Positions 8,736 through 17,907 are shown, counted from the stretch's first letter. The stretch: 48,473 nt of DNA from Terriglobales bacterium (GCA_035573035.1 DATNAC010000092.1:1-48473); one strand, 5' to 3'. Notes: a model not told the origin generated them from the letters alone. Numbers and translations are program-made.

Positions 8736-9075
8736 CTAGTGTAGTGTCTCAAACACTTTGAACATTAAGCAGGGCCCGTTGGCCGCGCGGGTGACCTTGG
8801 CGAGGATGTCGCTGGCACGGCGGTCCCAGATGAAGGGGTTGGGAGCGGCGTTGTGGTGATCGAGGTAGTCGTGTATGGCTTCGATGAGCTCGGCGACATC
8901 GCGGAAGACGCCGCGGGCGGATGCGGTTCTCGGTCAGATCGCGAGAGAAACGCTCCACCATGTTCAAACAGGAGGAGCTGGTGGGCGTGAAGTGGATGTG
9001 GAAGCGTCGGTGCCGTTTCAGCCAACGCTGGATCTTGAGGTGTTTGTGGGTTGCATAGTTATCGACGAGCTGCGC
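8736..9075 (-). mobile_element. IS630-family transposase remnant (5'-truncated and frameshifted pseudogene)
   Basis: Minus-strand translation gives LVDNYATHKHLKIQRWLKRHRRFHIHFTPTSSSCLNMVERFSRDLTENRIR, the DDE region of an IS630/Tc1-type transposase. After a 1-nt frameshift near 8905-8915 it continues RGVFRDVAELIEAIHDYLDHHNAAPNPFIWDRRASDILAKVTRA to a TAG stop at 8736-8738. An in-frame stop lies about 25 codons upstream of the LVDNYATHKH motif and there is no N-terminal DNA-binding part. Confidence 0.75.
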
Positions 9076-9208
9076 TTCCTGTACGGCGCGACCCCGCGAA
9101 TGGTGGTCCCGTTGCGGCTCCGTGGTCGGGTGAACGAAACTTCATGTCCGGTTCCGTGTTTTAATCTTTGGCACAGTAGTTGCTCGGGTTGTTGCGGGAG
9201 AGAGTCCT

Positions 9209-10051
9209 ATGCGAAAAGTTTTCCCGGTTGTGGTGCTCGGGCTGATGGCCGCACTGATGGTTGGCGTGGCGCCGGCCGCGTCGGCGCAGGTAGCGGTCGG
9301 CGTGTCGGTGCGGATTGGGCCGCCGCCGCTGCGCGTGGTGGCGGTGCAGCCGATTGCCCCCGGCCCTGGATACCTATGGACGCCGGGATACTGGGCTTAC
9401 GGTCCGGCGGGCTACTACTGGGTTAACGGAGCGTGGGTAATGGCGCCGGCGCCGGGAATGCTCTGGACTCCTGGCTACTGGGGTTGGGAGGGCGGCCTGT
9501 ACCGCTGGCACGTTGGGTACTGGGGACCGCACGTGGGTTTCTACGGCGGCGTCAACTACGGCTTCGGCTACTTCGGCACCGGTTTTGCCGGCGGGCGCTG
9601 GACCGGCGGGCGATTCTTCTACAACACCGCGGTCTGGCATGTGAATGAGACCGTGATTCATACCACCTACGTGGACCGCACGGTGGTGCGCAACGTACAG
9701 GTGAACCGCGTCAGCTTCAATGGCGGTCCCGGAGGCATCCATGCCCGCGCGAGCGCCGAAGAAATGCGGTACGCGCAGGAACGGCACATGGACGCCACCC
9801 CGATGCAGGCCCGCCACGAGGCAAGCGCCCGGACCGTCGCGGCGCGCCATGGCGGCTTCCGTCCCGCGGGTACGCCGGACCGCGCCCCCAACCGGCAGGC
9901 CCAGGCTGGCCGCCGCGGCAACGCGGGTCGCAGCCAAGAGCGGCCGAATGCGGCTGGAGCGCGCGGGGAACGCGGGAACCGCAAGCCGGCCCCCAACCGC
10001 GATAAGCGTCCCGACGGGGACCGCGGCGGCAGAAACGGCGGCGGATTTTAA
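9209..10051 (+). CDS. YXWGXW-repeat secreted protein with basic Arg/Gly-rich tail
   Basis: Signal peptide MRKVFPVVVLGLMAALMVGVAPAASA. Repeated motifs: YLWTPGYWAY, YYWVNGAWV, MLWTPGYWGWEGG and YRWHVGYWGP. The C-terminus is low-complexity R/G/N/P-rich. Confidence 0.85.
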   Translation: MRKVFPVVVLGLMAALMVGVAPAASAQVAVGVSVRIGPPPLRVVAVQPIAPGPGYLWTPGYWAYGPAGYYWVNGAWVMAPAPGMLWTPGYWGWEGGLYRWHVGYWGPHVGFYGGVNYGFGYFGTGFAGGRWTGGRFFYNTAVWHVNETVIHTTYVDRTVVRNVQVNRVSFNGGPGGIHARASAEEMRYAQERHMDATPMQARHEASARTVAARHGGFRPAGTPDRAPNRQAQAGRRGNAGRSQERPNAAGARGERGNRKPAPNRDKRPDGDRGGRNGGGF

Positions 10052-10117
10052 TACTCGCCAGCAGCCCGGCGTCTTATGGCTTGACCCACTTCCCGCTGAG
10101 CGGCTGGGCGCTGTCGA

Positions 10118-10684
10118 TCACCACCGCTTTACCTTATTGATGGGCGCGGGCCCAGCGCGGTAGAGCACGTGGCGCGACAAGCGGTGGCCGGGGGGCAGAC
10201 TGGGGTGATCGAAATCGTCGGCGGGATCGTGGGTCATGCGGAGCTTTTCCATGATGCGCCGGGAGCGCGCGTTCTCGGGCACGGTCCAGGACAGCAACTC
10301 GGGTAGACCGAGCGCCGCGAAGGCGTGATGCACCACGGCGCGGGCGCCCTCCGTCGCCAGGCCCAGCCCCCAGTGCGACGGCGCCAGCCGCCAGCCAATT
10401 TCGACGCAGGGGGTGAACCGCGCCTCGAAGGGCGGGACGACCAGCCCGACGTAGCCGAGAAACCGCGGGGGCTCCAGCAGCTCGACGGCGAAGAGACCGA
10501 ACCCATGTTCCCGCCAGTGGCGCTCGATGCGGTCCACAAACGCGTCGCTGGCCTTCGAGTCGAGAGGCGTGGGCAGGAACTCGCTGACGCGGGGATCGGC
10601 GTTGAGCGCGGCGAAGGGCGCGCGGTCGGAGACGCGCCAAGGGCGAAGACGCAAGCGTGCGGTGATGAGTTCGACCTGTGACAC
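10118..10684 (-). CDS. GNAT-family N-acetyltransferase (RimJ/RimL-like)
   Basis: C-terminal 188 codons of ORF 10118..11296, with a putative GTG start at 10684 (VSQVELITARLRLRPWRVSDRAPFAALNADPRV), 17 nt after the kinase stop. GNAT core GYVGLVV...IGWRLAPSHWGLGLATEGARAVVHHAF. The start codon is uncertain. Confidence 0.75.
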   Translation of the reverse strand: MSQVELITARLRLRPWRVSDRAPFAALNADPRVSEFLPTPLDSKASDAFVDRIERHWREHGFGLFAVELLEPPRFLGYVGLVVPPFEARFTPCVEIGWRLAPSHWGLGLATEGARAVVHHAFAALGLPELLSWTVPENARSRRIMEKLRMTHDPADDFDHPSLPPGHRLSRHVLYRAGPAPINKVKRW

Positions 10685-10701
10685 CGTCGGGGTCCGCGGT
10701 C

Positions 10702-12207
10702 TTAATGCTGGATGTCGCTGATATGAATCTGTGTGCCGGCGCCGCCGGCGGCCGCCGTTATGGTCAGGATGTCCCCGCCTTGCATCAACACCAGGCGGGC
10801 CCTGGCGCCGTCTTCGGAAATATGCGCCGGGGGATATAGGGGCCGGTAGAACTCGATCACTTGGCGCGGCGAGTCGGCGGTATGGAACCGCAGGGTGGTG
10901 ACGCCGTGTTGGGGTTGCCCGATGTGGCTGCCAGGATCGCTCACGGCTCCTGGGTAGACCGCAATCTTCGCCGCCTGCGCCAGCTTGGCGGAGTCGGCGT
11001 TGCCCCCGGCGTTGCCAGCGTTCCGGCGAGCGGCATTTTGCAATGACTGGAGCGCGGCCATTCCCGCCGCCACCCCGGCTGTTGCCGCATCCGCGCCGGC
11101 AGCCTGGCCGAGCGGAGCGATTGTCGCCGGCGGCGCCGCAACGGTAGGAACCGGAGCCACGGGGGCGGCGGTGATCTGGCTGGTCAGCGCCGGGGCCGGC
11201 GTTGGCGCTGCCGGCTTGACTTTGGGCCAGGCTGCCCAGGCAATGGCAGCTGCGACGAGAACGCCGGCCACAGCCGCGGCGAGCGGGAGGCCCCACGCGG
11301 GCCGGCGGGCCGGCTTTATCTCAGCCGGCGGTGGGGGCGCCGCGACCGACATGACCGAGGCTCCCGCCAGCACTTGTTGCAGCGCGAAGCTCAGGTCGCG
11401 CGCCGACTGGAAGCGCTGGCGCGGATCCTTCTCCAGGCAGCGCAGCGCGATCCGCTCCAGGCCCGGCGCCATCGCCGGCGGCGATCCGCTCTCCACCGCC
11501 GGTTCGGATTGCAGCACGGCAGCCATGGTCTCGACCGCGCTCGGCCGCTGGAAGGCGCGCCGGCCGGTCGTTATCTCAAACAGGATGGCGCCGACGGCGA
11601 ACAGGTCGCTGCGCGCGTCCACGGGCTCGGCCCGCACCTGCTCGGGCGACATGTAGCCCGCGGTGCCGATGATCGAGCCGGGCAGGCTGGCGCCGGCCAT
11701 GGTCGCCGCATCGGCCGTACTCTCGGGCAGCGCCAGCCGGGCAAGCCCGAAATCCAGGATCTTCACCCGCGCATCCCGGCAGACAAAGATGTTCTCGGGC
11801 TTCAGGTCGCGATGCACGATGCCGCCCTCGTGCGCCGCCGCCAACCCGTCGGTGATTTGCAGGGTCCACTCCAACGCCCGCCGCTCAGGCTGCGCGCCCG
11901 CCCGCAGCCGCTCGCGGAGGGTCTCACCCTGGAGCAGTTCCATGACCAGGTAAGGAACGTCCGCCTGATCGCGGCCGATGTCGTAGATGGCCACCAGGTT
12001 GGGATGGTTGAGCGCGGCCAGCGTCCGCGCTTCCTGCTCGAATCGCCGCAACCGCTCGGCATCGTTGGCAAAGCTGGGGGGCAGCAGCTTGATCGCCACG
12101 GTGCGCCCCAAGCGCGGGTCCTGGGCTTGGTAGACCACCCCCATGGCGCCTTCGCCGATCCGCGCCCCCAGGCGGTAGGGGCCGAGCATGGTGCCTTCTT
12201 GCAGCAT
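10702..12207 (-). CDS. Hanks-type Ser/Thr protein kinase with one TM helix and an extracytoplasmic C-terminal domain
   Basis: Kinase motifs: GEGAMGVVY (G-loop), VAIKLL, HRDLKPENIF, DFGLA and GTAGYMSPEQ. TM segment WGLPLAAAVAGVLVAAAIAWAAW, followed by an Ala/Pro-rich linker and a roughly 100 aa C-terminal domain. Confidence 0.9.
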   Translation of the reverse strand: MLQEGTMLGPYRLGARIGEGAMGVVYQAQDPRLGRTVAIKLLPPSFANDAERLRRFEQEARTLAALNHPNLVAIYDIGRDQADVPYLVMELLQGETLRERLRAGAQPERRALEWTLQITDGLAAAHEGGIVHRDLKPENIFVCRDARVKILDFGLARLALPESTADAATMAGASLPGSIIGTAGYMSPEQVRAEPVDARSDLFAVGAILFEITTGRRAFQRPSAVETMAAVLQSEPAVESGSPPAMAPGLERIALRCLEKDPRQRFQSARDLSFALQQVLAGASVMSVAAPPPPAEIKPARRPAWGLPLAAAVAGVLVAAAIAWAAWPKVKPAAPTPAPALTSQITAAPVAPVPTVAAPPATIAPLGQAAGADAATAGVAAGMAALQSLQNAARRNAGNAGGNADSAKLAQAAKIAVYPGAVSDPGSHIGQPQHGVTTLRFHTADSPRQVIEFYRPLYPPAHISEDGARARLVLMQGGDILTITAAAGGAGTQIHISDIQH

Positions 12208-12372
12208 CTCCGACTCTCTATATCTTAAATCCTGATTCTCGACTCATGCGTCCGGCACGCATTCCCCCCAGGCGCTGCGCGGGAACCTGGCGCCCAACTG
12301 GTTCGGAGTTGACCATTCAGGCATACTAGGCGGGACCAACGGAAACGCGTCCCCGGAACGCGCTGCCGCCCC

Positions 12373-14796
12373 ATGCGCCGATTCGCCCCGCTGTTGCGTA
12401 TTGTTAGCTGCTTGGGCGCCGTAGTAATTGGCGCCTTGGTTGTGAGCGGCTACCTGCTGCACGACCTGCCCTTGGTGCGCCTCCCCACCGGGCTCGGTCC
12501 CGAAATGGTTCTGAACACGGCGCTGGGCCTGCTGCTGGTCGGTATGGCCGTGCTGCTGCTCCCGTATGCGCCGCGGGCGTGCCGGGGAGTTGCGGGGCTG
12601 GTGACCGTGGTCAGCGTGGGCGTCCTGATTGAAGGGCTGCTGCAGGTGAACCTGGGGCTTGACGAAAGGCCATGGCACATCTGGCTGGGTCCGCCCAATT
12701 ACAACCCGGGACGGATGGCGGTGAACACCAGCTTCGCGCTGGCATGCCTGGGACTGGCGGTGGTGCGCACCACCTACGCACGAGAGGATGCCGGAAGAAT
12801 CGCGCGCGGTCTGACCTGGGCGGCCATGGCCGTGGGGGTCTTCGGCCTCGCCGGGTACGGGCTGCACTTCGACGCATTGTACTCCTGGAACAGCATGTCC
12901 CGCATGGCTCCGATGACCGCCGGCGGCATCCTGCTGATTGCCGTGGGGCTGGGGTTGACCTGGAGGACGGGAACCCTCGCGCAACCCGAGGGCGACGACG
13001 CGCTGGCGGCGCGCATCATGACCACGGCGACCTTGGCGCTGGCGGGCATGGCGGTGGTGGGAGGACTTACCGGATTTTTTCTGCTGCACCGGCATCTCGA
13101 AGACACCACGATCACCAACCTCACCGCGCGCCGCAACGACCACGGCACGTTCCTGGCAGGGGTGGTGCGGGACCATCTGGCGCGCGCACAAGCGCAGGCG
13201 GAGCGCGCCGATCTCCGCCAAGCGCTGGCGCGGAACGATATCGCGGCGCTGCGGCAGTTGACCAAGGCGACGATGGGATTCCGGTACCTCGCGGTCCGCG
13301 TGGTGTCTCCCAGCGGCGCAACGCTGGCGGAGATGGGAACATTCCAACCTGACTCCGTTCTCCATGTACGGCTCACGCTGCCGGACGCGCCCCAACTCCT
13401 GTGGGCGGGACGGTATCTCATGCGGGACGACCTGCCTGTGACTTCCGCCGGTCCGCATCCCCGGCTGCTGGGACGCATCGTGACGGAACAGCCGCTGTCG
13501 CTGCTCGACGACGTACTCGGCAACAACGGAGCCTTTGGCAGCACCGGGCGGATACGCTTGTGCGCCTCGGCCGCGGCGGCGGGCACGGCCGAAGTGGAGT
13601 GCTTTCCGGAGCGATTGCGGCCGGCTCCCTACCCCTCCGCAGCGCCCCGCGACGGGGTAGCGCGGCCCATGAACCTGGCGCTGCACGGCGCATCGGGATG
13701 GCAGGAGAGCGTGGACGAGAGCGAGGACCGGATCGTCGCCTCCTATGGACCGGTCGACGGTACCGGGTTGGGGATGACCGCGCAGATGGATTTGTCGGAG
13801 TTTTATGCTCCGATCCGCACGCAGTTTCTGGTGATGCTGCCGCTGCTGGCGCTCTTGAGCGCGGCAGGGGTATTTGCGGTGGACCGGCAGATTCGCCCGG
13901 TGGTGGCGGAGTTGACCGAGGCGCACCGCCGGGCGCTCGAAAGCGAGAGCCGGTTCCGCGCGGCGGCGGACAGCAGCCTCGACGCCTTCTGCCTGCTCAA
14001 GAGCGTCCCCGACCGGGACGGCGTCATCAGCGACTTCCGTTTGCGCTACAGCAACAAGCTGGGAGCGGCGCTGCTCGATCCGCCGGCAAGCCTGCTGCGG
14101 AACCGGGACTTCCGCGCGCGGCTGGCACGCGTGGTGGAGACGGGAACGCCGCTGGACGAGGAGTTTGCGATCGGGACCCCCCAGGGCATCCTCTGGCTGC
14201 ATCACCAGGTCGTGCCCCAGGGCGATGGGGTGGCGGTCACGGTCCGCGATATTACGGCACGCAAAGCCAACGAAGCGAACCTGGAATTCCTGGCCCGGTT
14301 CGACGCCCTGACCGGGCTGGCCAACCGGACCAACTTTCTCACCCGCTTGCAAGAAGAGATACAGGCCGTCGCCGAGGGGCGGAGCGGTCCCATGCTGGCC
14401 GTGCTGTATTGCGATTTGGACGGATTAAAACAGATCAATGACACCCGCGGTCACGCGGAGGGCGACGCCATGCTTCAGGCGTTTGCATCGCGCCTGCGTG
14501 GGTGCGTGCGCAAGGACGACGTGGTGGCGCGCATGGGCGGGGACGAGTTTACCGCGCTGCTGCTGGGCTTGGAGCATGAAGGGGAAGCCAAACGGGCGAT
14601 CGAGGCGTTCATGCAAGAGCTGTCGGCGCCGGTAGCGCGCCCCGGCGGGGACATAGCGCTCTCCTGCAGCATCGGGGTGAGCTTTTACCGTGGCGGGATC
14701 CTGGACGCCGAAGCCTTACTGCACCAGGCGGATCAGGCTCTGTACCTGGCCAAGCAGGCGGGCAGGAATCGTTTTCGGGTGCATGCCGACATTTGA
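12373..14796 (+). CDS. Membrane sensor diguanylate cyclase (multi-TM N-terminus, PAS-like region, GGDEF)
   Basis: 807 aa with several N-terminal hydrophobic helices. A PAS-like segment (SLDAFCLLKSV...ITARKANE) is followed by FDALTGLANR, CDLDGLKQINDTRGHAEGD, RMGGDEFTALL and YLAKQAGRNRF. Confidence 0.9.
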   Translation: MRRFAPLLRIVSCLGAVVIGALVVSGYLLHDLPLVRLPTGLGPEMVLNTALGLLLVGMAVLLLPYAPRACRGVAGLVTVVSVGVLIEGLLQVNLGLDERPWHIWLGPPNYNPGRMAVNTSFALACLGLAVVRTTYAREDAGRIARGLTWAAMAVGVFGLAGYGLHFDALYSWNSMSRMAPMTAGGILLIAVGLGLTWRTGTLAQPEGDDALAARIMTTATLALAGMAVVGGLTGFFLLHRHLEDTTITNLTARRNDHGTFLAGVVRDHLARAQAQAERADLRQALARNDIAALRQLTKATMGFRYLAVRVVSPSGATLAEMGTFQPDSVLHVRLTLPDAPQLLWAGRYLMRDDLPVTSAGPHPRLLGRIVTEQPLSLLDDVLGNNGAFGSTGRIRLCASAAAAGTAEVECFPERLRPAPYPSAAPRDGVARPMNLALHGASGWQESVDESEDRIVASYGPVDGTGLGMTAQMDLSEFYAPIRTQFLVMLPLLALLSAAGVFAVDRQIRPVVAELTEAHRRALESESRFRAAADSSLDAFCLLKSVPDRDGVISDFRLRYSNKLGAALLDPPASLLRNRDFRARLARVVETGTPLDEEFAIGTPQGILWLHHQVVPQGDGVAVTVRDITARKANEANLEFLARFDALTGLANRTNFLTRLQEEIQAVAEGRSGPMLAVLYCDLDGLKQINDTRGHAEGDAMLQAFASRLRGCVRKDDVVARMGGDEFTALLLGLEHEGEAKRAIEAFMQELSAPVARPGGDIALSCSIGVSFYRGGILDAEALLHQADQALYLAKQAGRNRFRVHADI

Positions 14797-14983
14797 TGGG
14801 CGCGGGCCCCAGCGCGGAAAACCGCGCGCCCGGCGCTTCCGGGCGCCTTCGGCTTATGCTCGCACCGGCAAGGGGACCCCAGAGCCCCATGCCGGTGCTG
14901 CGCTCGCGGAAACCGCGCCTGCGGAATATCGCGGCCCTTCGCACCGACTTTGCCCACAGCGCAAACGGCGCGCCCCCCGCGAT
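14792..14983 (+). repeat. Intergenic structured repeat: module 1 plus an internally deleted module 2
   Basis: TTTGATGGGCGCGGGCCCCAGCGCGGAAAACCGCGC...CACCGGCAAGGGGACCCCAGAGCCCCATGCCGGTG...TTTGCCCACAGCGCAAACGGCGCGCCCCCCGCGATC. Near-identical to 27443-27558 and to the reverse complement of 41592-41869. It lies between convergent genes, and its first bases include the cyclase stop codon. Confidence 0.8.
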
Positions 14984-14995
14984 CAGCACTCCGGG

Positions 14996-17743
14996 CTAGA
15001 AGTGCTCGAGTTGGCGGATGACCTCGGGTGAAGTTTCGAGCGACCAGCCTTGGGTGGCGGTGATGCGGGCGGGGGCGGTCTTTTGGACGGCGCCGGCCTC
15101 GAGCGTGACGTTATAAGCGCCGAGCGGTTCGAGTTGATCCACCACGGTTTGTCCTGGCTGGACGGGCACGGGACCGCCGCGGCGGCCACCCGGGCGCGGG
15201 CGGCGGGTGTTCCACACCACCGAGTGCAGGCCGGCGTCACCGGAGCCGGTGAGCTGGGCTACTTGCTGGCCGGAGGCATCGGTGATGGCGATGGTGGGCG
15301 GGGCGGCGGCCGCTTGCTTGAGGTAGTACCAGATCACCGTGCCGTTGGGCGGGTTGGGCGTTCGTAGGTTCTGCTGGCCGAAGAGGTAGTCGTTGGCGCC
15401 GAACTGCCAGGTGACGCGTTGGACGGTGTCGGGGATGGTGAAGAGGTGGACATCCTCGGCGAGCACCGCGGGGGTGAGCTGCTCCAGCGGGGCGATGTTG
15501 GTGATCCAGACGCCGCGGCCGTAGGTGCCGACGACGAGGTCCTTTTGCCGGGACTGGATCACGATGTCGTGAACTCCGACGCGGGGGATGTTGTTGTTCA
15601 TGCGCTTCCAATGCGCGCCGCGATCGAACGAGACGTACACGCCGGCATCGTCGCCCAGAAATACGAGATCGGGGTTCACGGGATCCTCGGTGATGACGTT
15701 CACCGGCGCGGCGGGCAGTCCGGCGGAGATGGGCGTCCAGGTGGCGCCGTAGTCGTCGGTGCGGAAGACATAGGCGGCGAAGTCGTCAAAGCGGTAGCCG
15801 CTCTTGGTGAGATAGGCGCGTCCGGGGACATGGGCGGAGGCGCGCACCCGGCTGACGTAGGCATCCGCCCGTCCTCCAGCGGAGGCCACGTCGGCGGTAA
15901 GATCGGTCCAGTTCTTGCCGCCGTCGCGCGTCACCCATACCTTGCCGTCGCTGGTGCCGGTCCAGATTTCGCCGGCGGTGAGCGGCGACTCCGAGATGGA
16001 GGAGATGGCGAACCAGGGAATGCCGCCCGGCAGGCCGCCTTCGGATTCGGGCAGGATCTTATCGCTGGGATGGGTGCTGAGGTCGGGGCTGATCGCCGTC
16101 CAGTGATCGCCCCGGTCGGTGGACTTCAACAGCATCTGACCGCCGGTGTAGATGGTGTGCGCGTCATGGGGCGAGAGCACGATCGGCGGTTCCCAGAGGA
16201 AACGGTAGGGCGGCTGCGAGGGATCTGAGGGGTGGGGCTGAATGGGCGTGCGGATGCCGAGCTTCTGATCCACGCGGCTGTGACCGCCGTACTCGCGATC
16301 GGTGTAGAGCCAGCGGCTGTCGGTGGGATCGACGACGGTGGCAATGCCGTCGCCGTCGCCCACGGCACGGCAGTTCTGGGGCGTGACGCGGCCCATGCCG
16401 GTGGCGGAGGGACAGCGCCAGTTTTCGTGGTCCTGCAAGCCTTCGTAGATGTTGTAGGGGTCGGCGTTATCCACGCTCAGGGCGTAGACCTCGCCCACGG
16501 GGATGTTTTCGAGGGCGTCGCTGGTGCGGCCGCCGTCGTAGGAGACGGCGATGCCGCCGTCGCTGCCCTGGATCATGCGGTTGGAGTTGGTCGGATCGAT
16601 CCAGAGGGTGCGGACGTCGCCGAACATGCCGGGAAAGGGTTCCGGGGCGTCCCAGGTGCGGCCGCCATTGATGGAGTGGCGCAAACCGTCCTGGGTGACG
16701 AAGATGTTCTGGTCGTTGTTGGGGTCCACGCGGATCTGGTTGAAGTAGTACGGCCCCTTGGGGGTGACGTCGAAGCCGTCCGCGTTCATCTTCTGCCAGG
16801 TGCGGCCGCCGTCGCCGGTGCGGTAGACTTCGCCGCCGATTACCGGCTGCACGCCGGGACGGAGACGGCGGGCGCCGGCCAGGGGGGTGGTGCGCGGGTT
16901 GTCGTTCTCGACGATGGCGTAAAGGATCTGGGGGTTGCCGCGGTAGATGTCGAGCCCGATGCGTCCGATGTGGTTGGCGGGCAAGCCGCCGCCGAGCTGG
17001 GTCCAGTGGTCGCCGCCGTCGGTGGTTTTGTAGATGGCGCTGCCGGGGCCGTCGGGCACGAGCTGCCAGGGCAGGCGGGTCTTGTCGTAGGTGGCGGCGT
17101 AGAGCACGGCGGGATGAGCCGGGTCCATGACCAGGTCGATCACGCCGATGTGCGGGCCTTTGTCGAGGACCTTCTTCCAGGTGCGGCCGCCGTCGCGGGT
17201 GCGGTAGACGCCGCGCGCGTCGTTGTCGGAGAAGAGATGTCCCATAGCCGCGACGTAGACGACGTCGGGATTGGCGGGGTGAACCAGGATGCGGGCGATG
17301 TGCTGGGTGTCGGCCAAGCCCATGTTGGCCCAGGTCTTGCCGGCGTCGGTGGACTTGTAGACGCCGTTGCCGGCCAGCGAGCTGCGCGAAGTGAACGCGT
17401 CGCCGGTACCGGCCCAGACGATGTTCTCGTTGGAGGGGGCGACGGCGATGGCGCCGATGTTCAAGTTGTTCTGGGAGTCGAAAACGGGCTGGAAGGTGGT
17501 TCCGCCGTTGGTCGTCTTCCAGACGCCGCCGGTCCAGAAGGAGACGTAGAAGGTATAGAGATGCGCCGACTCGGGCGTGGTGGGGACGGCAATGTCGGAG
17601 GCGCGCGCGCCAATCCAGAACGGGCCGATGTTGCGGTAGATAAAGGGGCGCAGGAGGCTCTGGTTGAATTGGGGCGGCTGCTGGGAGAAAGCGGGCAAGG
17701 CCAGAAGCGCGATGGCCACGGCGGCGAAGGCGGGCACTCTCAT
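14996..17743 (-). CDS. VPS10/sortilin-like BNR-repeat beta-propeller protein, secreted
   Basis: In-frame ATG at 17743 in ORF 14996..17800. Signal peptide MRVPAFAAVAIALLALPAFSQ. Many BNR/Asp-box motifs: KTTNGGTTF, KSTDAGKTW, RTRDGGRTW, KTTDGGDHW, RTGDGGRTW, SINGGRTW, KSTDRGDHW, VTRDGGKNW and RTDDYGATW. Confidence 0.85.
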   Translation of the reverse strand: MRVPAFAAVAIALLALPAFSQQPPQFNQSLLRPFIYRNIGPFWIGARASDIAVPTTPESAHLYTFYVSFWTGGVWKTTNGGTTFQPVFDSQNNLNIGAIAVAPSNENIVWAGTGDAFTSRSSLAGNGVYKSTDAGKTWANMGLADTQHIARILVHPANPDVVYVAAMGHLFSDNDARGVYRTRDGGRTWKKVLDKGPHIGVIDLVMDPAHPAVLYAATYDKTRLPWQLVPDGPGSAIYKTTDGGDHWTQLGGGLPANHIGRIGLDIYRGNPQILYAIVENDNPRTTPLAGARRLRPGVQPVIGGEVYRTGDGGRTWQKMNADGFDVTPKGPYYFNQIRVDPNNDQNIFVTQDGLRHSINGGRTWDAPEPFPGMFGDVRTLWIDPTNSNRMIQGSDGGIAVSYDGGRTSDALENIPVGEVYALSVDNADPYNIYEGLQDHENWRCPSATGMGRVTPQNCRAVGDGDGIATVVDPTDSRWLYTDREYGGHSRVDQKLGIRTPIQPHPSDPSQPPYRFLWEPPIVLSPHDAHTIYTGGQMLLKSTDRGDHWTAISPDLSTHPSDKILPESEGGLPGGIPWFAISSISESPLTAGEIWTGTSDGKVWVTRDGGKNWTDLTADVASAGGRADAYVSRVRASAHVPGRAYLTKSGYRFDDFAAYVFRTDDYGATWTPISAGLPAAPVNVITEDPVNPDLVFLGDDAGVYVSFDRGAHWKRMNNNIPRVGVHDIVIQSRQKDLVVGTYGRGVWITNIAPLEQLTPAVLAEDVHLFTIPDTVQRVTWQFGANDYLFGQQNLRTPNPPNGTVIWYYLKQAAAAPPTIAITDASGQQVAQLTGSGDAGLHSVVWNTRRPRPGGRRGGPVPVQPGQTVVDQLEPLGAYNVTLEAGAVQKTAPARITATQGWSLETSPEVIRQLEHF

Positions 17744-17907
17744 CTTTGTTCCTTGAACTGGAGCGTGGCCAGTGTAGCAGGAGGGTGCGTCCCACCGCAT
17801 GGAAAAGCGCGGCCAGCATGGGCGGAGCGCGAGGCGTTTTTGCCCGTGCGATCTTCTTCCCGGCTCGAAGGCGTGTGCGAGCGCCGCACAGTGCTGCGCA
17901 CCCGCGA

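Noticed and set aside
14733-14957. Recurring small ORFs with similar peptides. Examples: MGKVGAKG... at 14733..14957 and 40753..40980, CRCEHKPKAPG... inside 25539..27713, and [12 protein letters not shown]... at 41216..41791.
   Set aside because: They recur only because they lie within copies of the intergenic repeat modules, in both orientations. The conservation is at the nucleotide and hairpin level, not in a consistent reading frame.
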